Source: Octopus vulgaris
Lineage: Eukaryota
Assembly (NCBI GenBank): GCA_951406725.2
Contig: OX597830.1
Coordinates: 45,694,001-45,758,000 of the forward strand
DNA: 64,000 nucleotides
Direction of reading: 5' to 3'
The notes below the pieces were generated by a model. That model did no database searches. It was not told the DNA's origin and saw nothing but the letters and a program-made list of their open reading frames with translations. Position numbers and translations under genes: made by a program. How positions within the stretch are numbered: position 1 is the first letter of the stretch; each line of letters opens with the position of its first letter. Positions 26,601-40,065 of this stretch are shown in pieces.

Positions 26601-29600
26601 AATAACAACTAACTTCAAGCCAAATAAAATATACTTTTGAAGAATTAGTTAAAACAATAACGGAAACTAACAATTATTACAACAATGATATCAACAAGAC
26701 AGAAATATGCATTCCTAGAAATTAGTGTAGATTCTGTCAGTCTATGCACAGTTTCATTAATGAAAATGTGTTGAATAAGGAATTTATGTTTATGGTTTAT
26801 ACATGTTTGTCAGGAACCTGTGAACACAATACCAAAAACATACAATTCTTTACCTGCCATCACCCGATACTTGCAGCGACCATCTAAAAAGGTAGTACCA
26901 TCATATCCCAGCCTTATTAAATGTCTTCTAAACTAACGAGTAGTTATTTATTACTGCTTCGGCCCTTTAACTGTATGTTGAATTATAAAGACATAAACAG
27001 ATTTTACTCATAGAATGATGTTTCAGAGAACGTATGAAAAAGTTTGAATAATGTCAAATGAATGCATACTATACATTTTTCAGTGCCACAAAATTATAAA
27101 ACTAATTAAGTGGATTCAATGAATGAAATAATTGGTAATCAGAAGATACATGGAAAAATATCAAGTTCTTAATAAATAAAGTAAAGAATAGTATATATAT
27201 ATATATATATATTAAAAAAATATAAAATAAAGAACACATTAATCAGAAAACTAAATCTCTCAATGTCAAGGGTAGCTATCATACTAACATGATGAAATAT
27301 AAGGAAGAAAACACAAATATAACATCCAAAATTAATCAACTAGTTTTAGTTTTAAATTCTGTTTTAGAGTTGAAGAATCAAGAAATTGAAAAGCAACATT
27401 AAACTGCCAATGGATTCTTTGAGAAAACTGTTGATAAATAATAAAATTTGCAAGAAATTTCCTATCAGAATGAATTTTCTCCCTTCACCTTAGCAAATCA
27501 AATGAGTATCAGTTTTATGTCATAATGATGGCTAAACCACAATGACAAGGTGGGGGATATAGTTTTGGTGAGATGTGTCTTGGAAGGGTATTTATGAAAA
27601 GTTGACTAGAATGTCTTCTGGAAAAACAAGTTTGAAGTATAACTGTTGAATGAAAATGTGAAAAGAATGATAAATAAAATATGACACAAGGATACCTATT
27701 ACACACAAAAAAAAAGTCATAAAAACCATCTGTAGGAAAGGATCCCATTTTGAATTTGCTATGGGTTTGAATAGTGCGTTTGTGAGAAGACAAAGAGGAA
27801 TTAGTAGTAGAGAATAGGATGATGACTAGCTTTCTAAGAGGGACTTACAGTCAAAGAGTTAGATTTGATTTTGTTTTTCCAACCCAGAATAGGAGTGCTT
27901 GATGGAGTGGGAGGCTGCCTTAAGTCACTTGCACCCTGCAGAAACAAAAATAAAACAAAGCATGCACCATGAACAGCAAAAAATGACGAATATGTAAGAT
28001 AGGGAAAGAAAAGAAAAGGGTGGGATGCAGGTAGGATTTAAAAAGATGAGTTACATGAATTGATGAATAACTGCAATGGTGGGTTTGAAAAAAATAAAAA
28101 TAAGGTGCTATGATTGAATTTGAATTGTCCAATTTCTTCAGTATATTTCAAACTTTTATGTTTCAAACAATTTAGAAATAGATGCATATGGTTAAACTGG
28201 TCTCTATGTAAACTAATCTCATCACCTTCCACCAAAATTATCTCTAATTTAAAGAATAAAGAAGCAGTGAGAAATATATTTGATTTGTTCTGGCAATATA
28301 ATTTGGTGGTCATCTTATCACCAGCCAGTAAGGGTAAGTGAACAAAGATGTAAAATGAAAGTGTTTATGTAATACCTCAATCTAAGAAATGGATATTATA
28401 GAAACGAAATTAAATGAGTAATTATTAAGATGAAAAAAGATATTTGACATGAAGCTCTTATTGAGGTACTTATGCAGTTAAGGAGAACTTAACAAAGGAG
28501 TTGAAGCAAAATCCAAATCACCAGTTAGGACAAGGGCTACTCTTTTATCGAAAGAATTTTAACTTGATTAGTGATAAATAATGACATTAAACTCTTCCAT
28601 TTACAACAATATGACTCAATTGGAAGGTAATTTCAGGTATATTGAAAAGCATCATTCAGTGAAACTTAAATTACAAAAATAGAATATTGTCTTATTTTAT
28701 TAAATATCAAAGCCACCTTTACAAGCATCAATGGGAATAAGTTATATATTCAAAAACAACATTCTATTAAGTTATGTTATGGTTAAATAATAAGACAGTC
28801 ATTCGAAGAAGAAATTAAATTTTGTAATATTAGCAGACAATTGAAAATAGTTGATTGTGATCAGTTATTCAAAATAAAATATATATTTACTCTCAATAAT
28901 GTTGGTTACATGCAAAAACAGCTCAATGATGTTGAGCTTTCATATCAACTGGAGGGGATTTGATTCTGTTACTGTTAGCAATGACATTTGAATATATTTT
29001 CATTTTATACAAATAGAAAATCGAAGAGTTAGAAGATGGAATTTAAAGAGAGGATATTAGTTCTTCAATTGTCAGCATGCATCTTTTTATATGGAGCTGT
29101 TTAAATGGTAGTATTGAGAATAGTGAGTTGTTTTGATGTTACAGATTTATTTGTATTTTCTATGTTAACATGAGAAATTGCTTTTCAAAACTGATTGGAT
29201 AATTGAATATTACTGGAGCAAGTGTTTCCAATGTCGGGTTAATTTCCTTACAACAAACAATTAAGTAAACATGACACCTATTTGAAGCTAAAGGAATTGA
29301 GATCTTTATTGCTATAAACTTTGACAATAAATGTGGCAGGTTTTTAACTCTTGACCACATTTAAATATTTCAACTCATGTCCAACTCTCTCTGTTTATAG
29401 TTTAAATTAAAGTATTTATTGAATTAAAGACAATTTAGTAACTGCTGAATTGCCAAGCTTTCAATCAAGTGTTACCAGGATATTAGTTCCTAAAACAATA
29501 TTTATTTTAAAGACAGATGGTATTTCCATTTTAAAGAAATAGACAATTGGCAACATTGCTTTCAACTAGCAACATCTCTATTTCAGATAAATCTCAGGAG

Positions 29601-29939
29601 TTATGGTGCTGTCCATAATGCCACCAGCTTTTAAAAAGAAACATTAAATGACTTAAAAAAACATGAAAAGGAGAAATTATGAATCTCCTTCCTCTGAAGA
29701 AATGCAAGTCCCTGAAGCGTTTAGTCTTGGCTTCATGGCATGAAGCCACTGAGAAATAAATCTTTCCTGGGAAAAGATCACCCATGTGTCACAAGTAACA
29801 TTTCTATAAGATTTGGTATATATTCCCCAAAGCTAAGTGATGAGGCACTAGAGTTTAAAGTGCTTTGCCAAGAAACATAAGGGAACACCTAGAGCACGTT
29901 TGAAATGATGGTCAATAAAAAGCCACAAAGGTTATAAAG

Positions 29940-30350
29940 TAGAAAGTGCGAGGACACAGTATAGCTGCTAAGGACTGCACAACTGACCATGAAAGCAGCC
30001 ACTTGTAGAACAACTGTTCACTTAACACACACATATATACACATGTAATGGACTCTCCTATCGAAGACGAAAGATGAGTGCTCAGTTTTTGCTGAACAAC
30101 CGGCACAAATGATTCGTTCTGGTGATCAAATGCATGTGCTGTACATTAGCTCAGTCTCTCTCTTTCTGCATCAAACTGACATGGCCTAAACAGGTGGTGC
30201 ACAGTGTACCACACATGAGGTGTTAAAGTGACTGCAGAGCAATGTGAGGTAAAGTGTTTTGCTCAAGAACACAATGCACAACCTGGTCCAGGAATTGAAA
30301 CCATGATTTTGCAATCATGAGTGTAACTACCTAACCACTAGGCCATGCAC
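29940..30350 (-). mobile_element. tRNA-derived SINE (family C)
   Basis: Reverse complement starts gcatggcctagtggttagg..ggtttcaattcctgg..gtgttcttgagcaaaacactt; same head type as 52935-53215. Confidence 0.7.
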
Positions 30351-30973
30351 ACACACGATAAATAATTCATCCAAGACAGAAAGATTATTTATGAATTAGA
30401 GCAATGATCTAAATGATGTGTAGATATATTCTTAGTGAATAAATAAATTCTATCACATAATATAGTAAATAAAATCAAAGATATTTTGTTTCTTGAAATT
30501 AGCAAGATAATTCAGCATATTGAGTGAAGATGACATTAATGGAATATGATGCTGTTATAAAAATCAACTTAAAGAGAGAAATCTTCAAACATAAATAATT
30601 TAGAGTCCATTTTGAAGTTATCAATATTTGATCTAATCTGAAGTTTCTAGAAACAGTCCATAAAGTAGTTTTAGAATGACCTAACATCTCAGACAAATAC
30701 ATTTTATATCAAGATGGATATTTAACTTAATTTTCTTGATCTTTTAAATTAAAAACAGAATGTTGATTTTGCAGATAGTAAAACAATTTCAAAACTATAT
30801 TATATGTAAAGAATGACAATGTTAAATAAAATATAAATTAGTTATTAGTGACAGAAGTAGTCTTTGTAATGAATATCATTTTGAACATCCAACTTAACTT
30901 GGATGTATTGTTAAAAATGCCATAAAGTGTAGCGATCTTCCCGAGAAATTATCTCCTATATATTGTACAAACA

Positions 30974-31346
30974 TTAGGTACTAAAAAAAGGCACAGCTTA
31001 TACCAGTTGATGAAATTCCATCAGTACTGGTGGATGGGATTATGATTTCAGCATAAATTGCACATCATCCAAGTTAATTTGCTGGATGATGTGCAAATTA
31101 AAATTTGTTACAAAGACTGCTTCTGTCATTGCACAACCTACAGCTAGCTTTTTGCAATGTTACTGACTGTTTAGTTCAGTGTTAAACTATATTGGTTTGA
31201 AAGATTTTTGGTCTGGCATTTGGTGTTTGGGTGCCTCTTCTTGATGATACACAATTTATGCTGACATCACACAAGACAACAGTCTTATTTGACAGTGCTG
31301 ACAAAATTTTATCAACTGATATAATCTGTGCTTTTTTAGTACCCAA
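30974..31346. mobile_element. Fold-back (MITE-like) element with long imperfect inverted arms and an internal perfect hairpin
   Basis: ggtactaaaaaa.gcacag.ttata.cagttgat.aaatt and tcagcataaattg..catcatc are both mirrored at 31243-31343; inner 14-bp stem ttgcacatcatcca/tggatgatgtgcaa. Confidence 0.8.
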
Positions 31347-32175
31347 CATCTATACGAGATGATTTCTGAAGATAATTAACACAGTCTGTAATGTTCTTAA
31401 CAACACATCCCAGATGGGTGTGCAAATTAAAATATAATTGTTTTTGTTATTCCTTTTATCATCAGCAGAGGCTAAATTCTTCTTCTTCTTCTTATCCTCA
31501 TCTGCATTATCATTATTATTATTAATAGGATGACCATTATTCCAAGGCAAGCTAACAGAAACAGTAGAGTGTCAGACAAAATTCCTTTCAGAATTCAGTT
31601 TTCTTTCTCAAGGCTTTTTCTTTCTTTCTTTCCTATTTAGTTGGGGTCGGGTGGGGGTAGGGCTGGGTGCCAATGAAACTGAGTTTACCCACCTCTTGTA
31701 CAGCTTTATGTCAATGTAAAGAACCCTTGTTAGAACCTTGAGTATCCCACCTGCAGACCGTATGAAGTAGTCCTGGGTGTAGACTTCTGTTGACACAACT
31801 CAATGCTAATGTAAGATTTTTTTTTTTTTTGTTTTGTCTGAGTTCACAGAATCTTGACTGTCTTGTGTGCAGTTGTTTCTATCAATTACGTGTTCGGTCC
31901 TTTTCCGAACACAATGTCTTCCACAGGAAACGATAGACAGCTCAACACACTGTTCAAAAAAAGACAATGATGTCTAATGGAGGCACAAAAGTACAAGTTT
32001 TGCAGGAGATTTCAACAACTGCAGTACTTATAGAGACATATTTTATTCTCCAGACAACTAAATGCTGCCAAGGTATAGGGTCTCATCACCTACAAATCCT
32101 CTTCCAATTTCTTATCATGTTAATAATAACAACAACTGCATCAGATTTTAATTTTCTTATGTTTTGACAGACATT

Positions 32176-32290
32176 CATCATCATCATCATCATTTAACGT
32201 CCGTTCTCCACGCTAGCATGGGTTGGACGGTTCGACCGGGGATCTGGGAAGCCAGAAGGCTGCACCAGGCTCCAGTCTTATCTGGCAATT
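32176..32290 (-). mobile_element. RTE 3' tail, short copy
   Basis: (cat)n-ttaacgtccgttctccacgctagcatgggttggacggtt is the reverse complement of the shared tail. Confidence 0.85.
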
Positions 32291-32294
32291 CTCT

Positions 32295-32450
32295 AGAACA
32301 ATACTCTGTGCAAAACCAAAAATATGGTACCCTAGTCATAATACCAAGTTGAACTTCTTACTTGTCTCTTGAGGTCTCTGGGTGAGACTTGGAGTCAACT
32401 TGTACAAATACAGAGCAAAAGTCAAACATATAATAATAATAATAATAATA
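32295..32450 (+). mobile_element. Probable R4/Dong-like LINE 3' end with (TAA)n tail
   Basis: Unique segment ending in (aat)n; family assignment rests on recalled resemblance only. Confidence 0.4.
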
Positions 32451-32454
32451 GTTT

Positions 32455-32650
32455 TTGATTTAGGCAAAAGGTCAACAATTTAGTGGTGGGGGGAGGGTAA
32501 TCAACATCAATGATCCCATACCTGACCATTACTTCATTATATTGACCCTGGATGTGTGGGTGTCAAAGCTGACCTCAACAGAGTTTGGATTCAAAGCAAA
32601 GAACCAGCACAGATGCAGTGAGGCATTTTATCTCAATACTCAAACAATTC
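32455..32650 (-). mobile_element. Decayed SINE (family A)
   Basis: Similar to 17341-17557 (taggca.aagg, ga.ccca, caaag.tgac, tttg.a.tca). Confidence 0.7.
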
Positions 32651-32699
32651 CGCAAGCTTACTATGATGATGATGATGATGATGATGATTATGATATCAC

Positions 32700-33015
32700 A
32701 ATTGTGCCCAAAGACACACATGAAAAGGTCATGATAGACAGAATGCGGAAATCTTTGAGAAAGTAAAGATAGACAAACATGAGGATTTGGCAAGCCAGGA
32801 AACCCATCAGGCAGCAGGCAAAATTGTTTCTTTTGTTATCGGCACACTTGGAACAAATTCAAAGAATCTTAGGCATACCAGATATTTTAAAGAGTGCACA
32901 AATGGTTGTGGTGCTCGGAATGGCTCATGTACTGAGGAAGGTATGGTGCCTCTGAGCAGTGGGTAGGAGCTACAGCATAATTACACACAACCAGAACTGT
33001 TGGAGAATAACAATA
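32700..33015 (+). mobile_element. Decayed R4/Dong/NeSL-type LINE fragment (restriction-like endonuclease C-terminus)
   Basis: Translates as EKVKIDKHEDLA..KIVSFVIGTLG.. then LGIPDILKSAQMVVVLGMAHVLRKVWCL*, matching the K..KY..L / V.G.LG / LRK pattern of RLE LINEs. Confidence 0.6.
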
Positions 33016-34627
33016 AAAATTCACAAATTTGACCAAGGTGAGATGGCTAGAATATTTTTACAGACCCCAGAAAGAAAGAAAAAAAGGGAAACTAAATGCT
33101 GTGAAGAATTTCATCTGGCACTCTAAACATTCACTGCTCTTAACATTACATTAGTGGAGGAGGAGGAGGAAAGGAAGAAATAAACAACATGTTAGAATAT
33201 GACTTATTTTCTGTAAAAACAAAAATAGGTAAAACTGCAATATCAAATATTTGCAAAGACAAACATTTTATGGAGAATTATTCTTCATTTTGAAACATTT
33301 AATACTCTCATTAATACAGTTATGTACTAGCAACAGTGTTAAATGCCTCAAAGTCAAAACTTTGTGGATCCATGCACAACACCAGTGGGGAAAGGCATTA
33401 AATAAAAAAAAAGTTGGTTCTGTTCTGAATCTTCGAACAAAACAGACAGGTCAGAGATTAGGGATTGAAATAGTCCTGAATGATTCAGGTGGACAACAAT
33501 AATTGTCAGTTTTGTTCACCATATTACCTAAGTCAAATATTACATTTATCAAGAATTCTTTAAATTATATGATACACTCATTATACACCCCATAAATAAG
33601 AGGGATCCTAATCCTTATATTTTCTATTCTATTCCCAAATACACACGCACATGTGATGTGTGTGCATGTAAGTTGGTGCAGAAAAAGGAAAAAAGTGTTC
33701 AAGACATTCAGCTGTATTTAGTAACAGGTAAACTTGGTTTATATTTTTAAAACTTTTATAGGAATGCATACGTGTATGATGAGCTGAAAAAAACCCCCAG
33801 AAAATGATATATATTCATGTATACATACTCACACATGTATATAAAGCGGAATATACATATTTTCAGACACATAAGCACACACACACTCACATAAAACAGA
33901 GAGACGTATGTGTATGTAATTGTTCTACTTTTTCCAGTCATTCAGGGGCACCATCTTGACAGGTTTAGTCAATCAAATTGATCCCAGTTTTTCTTACAGG
34001 TTTAGGAATTTATCCTATTGGTGTCTTTTCCCCTGAACCACAAAGTTACACAGACATAAACAATTCCACAAGATTTGTTAAGCAGTGAGAGACAAATACA
34101 AACACACACACACACACATACACATGTGCATATTCGAGTTTTTACTTTTATCTTTTGTTAATCCATGGTTTTTAGCATAAGGATATGAGAAATATTATTT
34201 TCCATATAAAATATAAAAATTTGCAGCCTACATGAAACATTTACATGGAAGTTAACGAACCCATTTGTAGATGCTCATTCAGCACAGATATGTGAGTTTG
34301 TCTGCAGAAAAACTGTTCATGATTCCATTTGTTTATATACATAACTGTACATATATGGGTACTCCACTGTACATGTGTGCATGTGTGAATACACACATAT
34401 AAATGTCAATACATAAACCCTCTATACACACACACACATTCTCTCTTAAAATTAAAATATTAAAGAAGCTAGAGTCTGGGTTTTTGTAAATGCCATCTAG
34501 TAATGACAATGTTAGTTTATAGTTTGTAATTTTATTGCAGAACATTGAGCCTGCCTACATACTGAGGTCAATAACCAAATATTATCATTAACATTCAAAG
34601 AACATAATGATGATCTGTGACATGATA

Positions 34628-35509
34628 TACTGAGGTGAGCCAAAAGTTTTGCAATATTTGCAAACGTTTGCAGTGTGCGTATCACATGACTGAAGCAGTT
34701 GAAGGCGTGGAAAGTGGCATGGAAGAGATTGGTAATATCATGGTAGTTGGTGCACTGGCTCAGTCCATGATTTGAAAGCCACACAGATGAACATGTAACA
34801 GAGTCTAATTTAGGGACTTATGCTTTACAAGTTCAAACCGGGCCATAACGCTGCAGAATCATTTGTTGTGTGAAAGGTGAAGGTACAGTTGATCACGATA
34901 CGGTAACCAGAGGGTTCAAGAAACTTCGCTTGGGTTGCAAGAACCTCAATGATCAAGGCAAGGTTAGGTAGGTCTAAAACTATTGATTCCAAGGCCATGC
35001 TCCAAGCCATAGAGGTAAATCCAGTAAGGAGCACTCAGGAAGTATCAGATGAGCACAGCATCTCATGGCAGTATACCACTGTGCAGCAAAAATACCCGTT
35101 ATTGGTTAACAGAAAGCAAGCTCTTCTGCAGCAAGATAATGCAAGACCTCAAACTGCTCATCACGATCCATAATAAATTTCAGAAACTTGAGAGAATTGA
35201 ACCAATGCCACACCCAGCATATAGTCCGAACCTAGCTGCCTCAGATTACTACTTGTTCCCAGCCATAGCTCACTTTCATCATTTACAATGCTTCATTAAG
35301 CAAAGAGGCAGTGGAAGCATCAGTGAAGTTCTTTGCCTTGACTGACAAGAACTAGTGTCAGCATATGATCAAAGAACTGGTAGAAAGGTGGCTTCAGTTG
35401 GTTGCAACATAATGGCCTCTACTTTAGATTCTAAGCTGCTTTTGTTGGAACTTCACAGATAAAGCAAAGAAGTTACCAAAACATTGCAAAACTTTAACTC
35501 AACACAATA
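34628..35509 (+). mobile_element. Internally deleted mariner transposon fossil
   Basis: Imperfect TIRs (tgag..aaagttttgcaat / attgcaaaacttt..ctca) with TA ends; transposase remnants YKFKPGHNAAE, LLQQDNARP and HPAYSPNLAASDYYLF (YSPDL motif). Confidence 0.9.
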
Positions 35510-38500
35510 AATATCACTCATCTGACATTTAGTGTCATGTAGATGTTAAATGCAAAAATATGTAGACATTCACTTCAATGTTCCATTCATGTTTTCCTCC
35601 CACAACTCATTATACTACATTAATCACACAACTCTAGTTTCTATGATTATCAAAGAGGATAGAATGTTTATAGAACTTTGTTAAAATATGGTGTAATACA
35701 GCCAATTATTTAATTTATCTCTTTAGTTATCAAACTGCCTGATACTGACGGGAGCTTTCACGGGCTTAGACTACCAAACTACCCAGTATCACCCATTATC
35801 AATTGTTGTAAATGTCTCTACAACACTACTGGTAACACATTGACTGCCTCATCTGACATTTTACAAAGTGAAATTTGTGTTCTTCAAATATTTCGTTGGA
35901 ATTGTTGGATGGAGAATTGTATATTTTCATTTCAAAATCAATAGCAACTCCAACAGCAATATTGAAAGTAAGAACAAATTTAAAATCTGGAAACACAATC
36001 AAAGATAAAACTCAAAATTATTTCTCTTCCAAAATTCTTTGAAAGAAACCAGACAATAAGGTGTTCCAGTGATTCTAAGCTGATTGATTATTTCCTGTCA
36101 TTTTTTTTTCTGACTGAAATGTTCCACACAATAACTGTAATAGAATATAGTTTCAGAGATGCACAGGTGAATTCAAAAATTTTTCTGAAGTAATTCTAAT
36201 AATGGGTATTAAAAAACAGTCAGGAATTACCAACCACAGGAGCAGATATGAACCTTTATTTCTAGTAAACCAGGAAGTGGTTTTTAAAGTTAGGTTAGTA
36301 TTTACATGCATGGGACACAGCAGTATGTGTGACAGAATATTATAGCCCTTAGATTAAATTAAGGCTCTTCTAGGACAATATACAAAGGATATTAGGTATT
36401 ATTGCTAGAGCATAAAGACTGGATATTCTTCTGGTAATAAATGCCAAGCATGTTCACAAAATGGGGTAATAAAGTATGGGAAATTTGTAAAGCAAACCCA
36501 AAGTACAGCTGTGGTTTAAAAATTTTATACAGGAAAGTTAGTATCGCCTAAGGGCCAGTGTAGTCTGGAAATAATCACTTGTGTACCATAACTGATGCTG
36601 AACAGTTTTTGCTCAGTGCTTCAGATGAGCCAAATTTGATTAATTCTTATTTCATTATTCTTATATTTTGGGACGTGCTCTATATACTCATTCTTCACTT
36701 CAGATACATCATGGTTCTCATTTTATGCCGTTTGTCTGGAAATCTTTTTCATCCACGCAACTCTCCAACTCTTGTGTCTCCTCCTGTTCTGTTTATTTCA
36801 TTATTAATCTATTGCTCTGCACTATCAGCCATCAATTCCCCGTCCTACCTTCCCCTAAATTATGCATCATTGAACAATCAATATCCACCCTTCACCCCAA
36901 CCCAATCTTTACAGGGCTTGCTGGAACAATTTTACAAGACTCAGTTCATAAATTTTACTCATTAAACACTTAAGTGTATTAAATTTTGTAGTAACTATTT
37001 ATGCTTCAAAAATCTTAAAACTAAGGCTGAGCTCAAGTAATGATTCTCAAGTATGTGACATCTTCTAATTTACAATTTAATCCCTGATTTAGCCGTAAAG
37101 TATGTAAAAGAAACTGATTATCCTACCACTGCCAATAGCCATCTCTGAATACTTTCTCTTCAAAATTTTCAGGAATCAAAAGTTACATGCCATCTGTCTA
37201 CCCTTCTTATTTACTGTTTATTTAGAACTAAACATTTTTTTTTTTACTACATCATTAACCTTGCCTCTCCCAAATATAAACTTATTTGTAAACAAGCACC
37301 TACACCACTGCAATCTAGTGCTAACCTGATCAACAACTTTTTCAAACAGTTGAGTTGGGGATTGACTGGATGTCAATGAAGGGATAGTGAAATACATACA
37401 CATCCATCTGGTACAATTTCATAACGATAATGACCAAGTCACTTGTAGGTGGATCAATATTATAACTTAATAGGTTTATTATACAGAATTAAACACATTT
37501 CAAATACAGTAAAAGAAAAAAAACATTGTGGAAGAATTTTTTAAAGGGTTCTCCTAAGAAAAGAGTAGTACACATAAATTTAGATATTCTAGTTTTAAAA
37601 GCTGAGTATTAAAGTCTTATTTTAAAATATTTCCTTTTTAGTTTTTAGGGTTGGCCCTATGAGAAATAAATTAAATAATTATTTTAATTTATTGAGTAAA
37701 ATTCTCATATTAAATTATTTGTTCCAAATCTTTAAAGAGATTATGAATGGAAATTAAGTGAAGCCTATGAGTCAGTTTTAATAACATATATTTTAAAATG
37801 TATTTATATAAATGGTAAATAAAGCAATTCATTTTATTTGAACAACAATTTCAGTTCAACTTTAAAGATTCAAATGTTATTTTTACAAAAACCTAAATAA
37901 ATTATCAAATTCCCTTAAATTCTCTTCTAAAAGATGCAAATTCAAATGAATATTTTTTTATTAAGAATTAGGTTTCAGTAACAAGATGATTCGAGTTTGG
38001 TTCATATTATGTCAACTCAAAATTTTCTAGCTATGTGAGATCCACCTCTACTCCTGTCATAGTACTCTATCCGTTTTTTACCCATTGTTTAAAAAGTTAG
38101 TGCAACTGTTTATAACTGAGTATAAATTTGGTTAATAAAACAGTTTACTAAATAGGTATCAAATTCCAAACCATTCTCTTAGAAGATCTGTTGCCAAACC
38201 AGAGCTAGGTCCATGGAAACATAAATGAAATAAGTTAATTCAAGTCATACGATTATTGGCTTAAATTTTTTATATATTAAAATTATCTATCATACATATG
38301 TTTAGAGAAATCTTTTGGTGTATATGCACAATGCTAAGAGGCCTGTGGGTCTATTAAACAGAGTCATGGCACACATTTTTAGTTTAGCAGTGAAATTCCC
38401 CATTAGGTATGTGTGTGTGATTTCTGTTTGTCTTAAATTCAAAAATCTTTACGAGTCTATGGCTTTCAATGGGTAAATAAATAACCAAAAATAATTTTCA

Positions 38501-38596
38501 TAACCACTTCAAAAGGTTATTTACCAGATTAAATTACCAAATGAGCAAAAAAGTCACTGTTGATGAGTTAAGGGACTACAATTTGTAAATAAATAA

Positions 38597-38800
38597 TTCC
38601 TTCTACAGTAAGTAAAAGGCTTGACATTTTAGTGGGAGAGGGCCAGCCAATGACATCATCCCCAGTTCTCAAATGACACTTATTTCATTGACCTGAAACT
38701 GATGAAAGTAAAGATGACCTTGGCAGAATTAGAACTTAGAATGTAAATCTGCAAGAAGTGTTGCTAAGCATTTTATCCAATCTGCTAATTCTCCCCATTA
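38597..38800 (-). mobile_element. Decayed SINE (family A)
   Basis: Similar to 17341-17557 (gatgaaag..aaag.tgacc.tggcagaatt.gaact.agaa). Confidence 0.75.
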
Positions 38801-39966
38801 ATTTGTAAATTAATTATGACATGGACACAACACTATCAATTAATAAAGTAGAAAATACAAAAGTCTTTAGTTTATTAACTTTTACTGCATATCCCAAATG
38901 ACCTTGATTTTTCAAGCCCTTTTCATTTCATTTTTACAGAGGGACAAAATTTTGTTATCATTTTACGAATATTATTAATTGTTCCATCACTGACAAATTT
39001 TGACATTTCTATGTATTCATCTCCCAATTTTAATTATTAAAAAACAAAAATTCTGTTCTGTAAGACAGAGAACTCAAAGAATGAGTTTTTCTATTTACAA
39101 ATATTTTTCAGCAGAAATATATCTAATTGACTCATGTTCCTTCAGAAATTGTGAAAAATTTTCAAAAACAATTTTTAGCATGTTTTTAAAAGAAAAAAAC
39201 CGAGGAAATTAGAAAACGTTTAAAGTTTAACTGTTTTTATAGTTTTACTTCTTCTAGTGAGGTTTTGTCAAAGCTTGTTGTTTCAAGAGATATTGTATAT
39301 TATGATATACAATAATTATTTAAAAATTACAATAGTTATATAGAAAAAGATCTAATTACACAGATAATATGATTATGTTGAATCATCAAATTGCTACGAC
39401 TTTTACAGACTTTCTTTGGAATAAAATTTGAGTAAATGATAAATTCAGAAAAACATTTTGTGTTGCTTATTTTTAAAAATACTATGACTATCTAAATAAA
39501 GAACAAGTTTATTTAGAAGAGGAGGGAAATTCCTTAGATAACTAAATAGTTATTGGAAAATATTTAAGGATTATAACAAAGAAAATTTATATTAGGTGGT
39601 GCTTCAGCATGGCCACAAAACAATGACTGAAATCAGTAAAAAGGAGAGAATAAAGCATGTGTGCACATTTTATCTTTTACTGGTCACACACACACACACA
39701 CACTCTCTCTCTCTCTCTCTCTCTCTCATTCCATTATCTCAAAGAGTTTCAAATTTTCACTGGGCATTCTAACATCAGTGATTAAATTACTTTCTGTGAA
39801 GCAGCTAATTAGGGACAGAATATAGTTCAGCCACTAAAACTGCTTTGCTCAAGTTGATGGCCAAGGGGGGGAGGGGTTGCTTTTCAAAAGAAGAAAGAAC
39901 ATTTTTCATTTAGATTAATATTAAAAAAATAGATTAAGATAGAAGATATGTGAGAGAGAAACTTAC

Positions 39967-40065
39967 ACTGAAGGAGTTGGACTTGTGTACAGAAGGTGTT
40001 CGTTTGTTCTTGCGGACAGCAACTGGTGTTGAACCAGGCGCAACCCTGAAATCCAACTTAGAATC
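39967..40065 (-). CDS. AGAP1: AGAP linker exon (99 nt, phase 0/0): DSKLDFRVAPGSTPVAVRKNKRTPSVHKSNSFS
   Basis: Acceptor tacttttatttttag and donor AGT|gtaagt; GC-rich island in AT-rich intron; open frame. Confidence 0.85.

Noticed and set aside
36579-36973. Two overlapping 128/101-aa ORFs
   Set aside because: Non-ATG starts, no motif, no convincing splice signals
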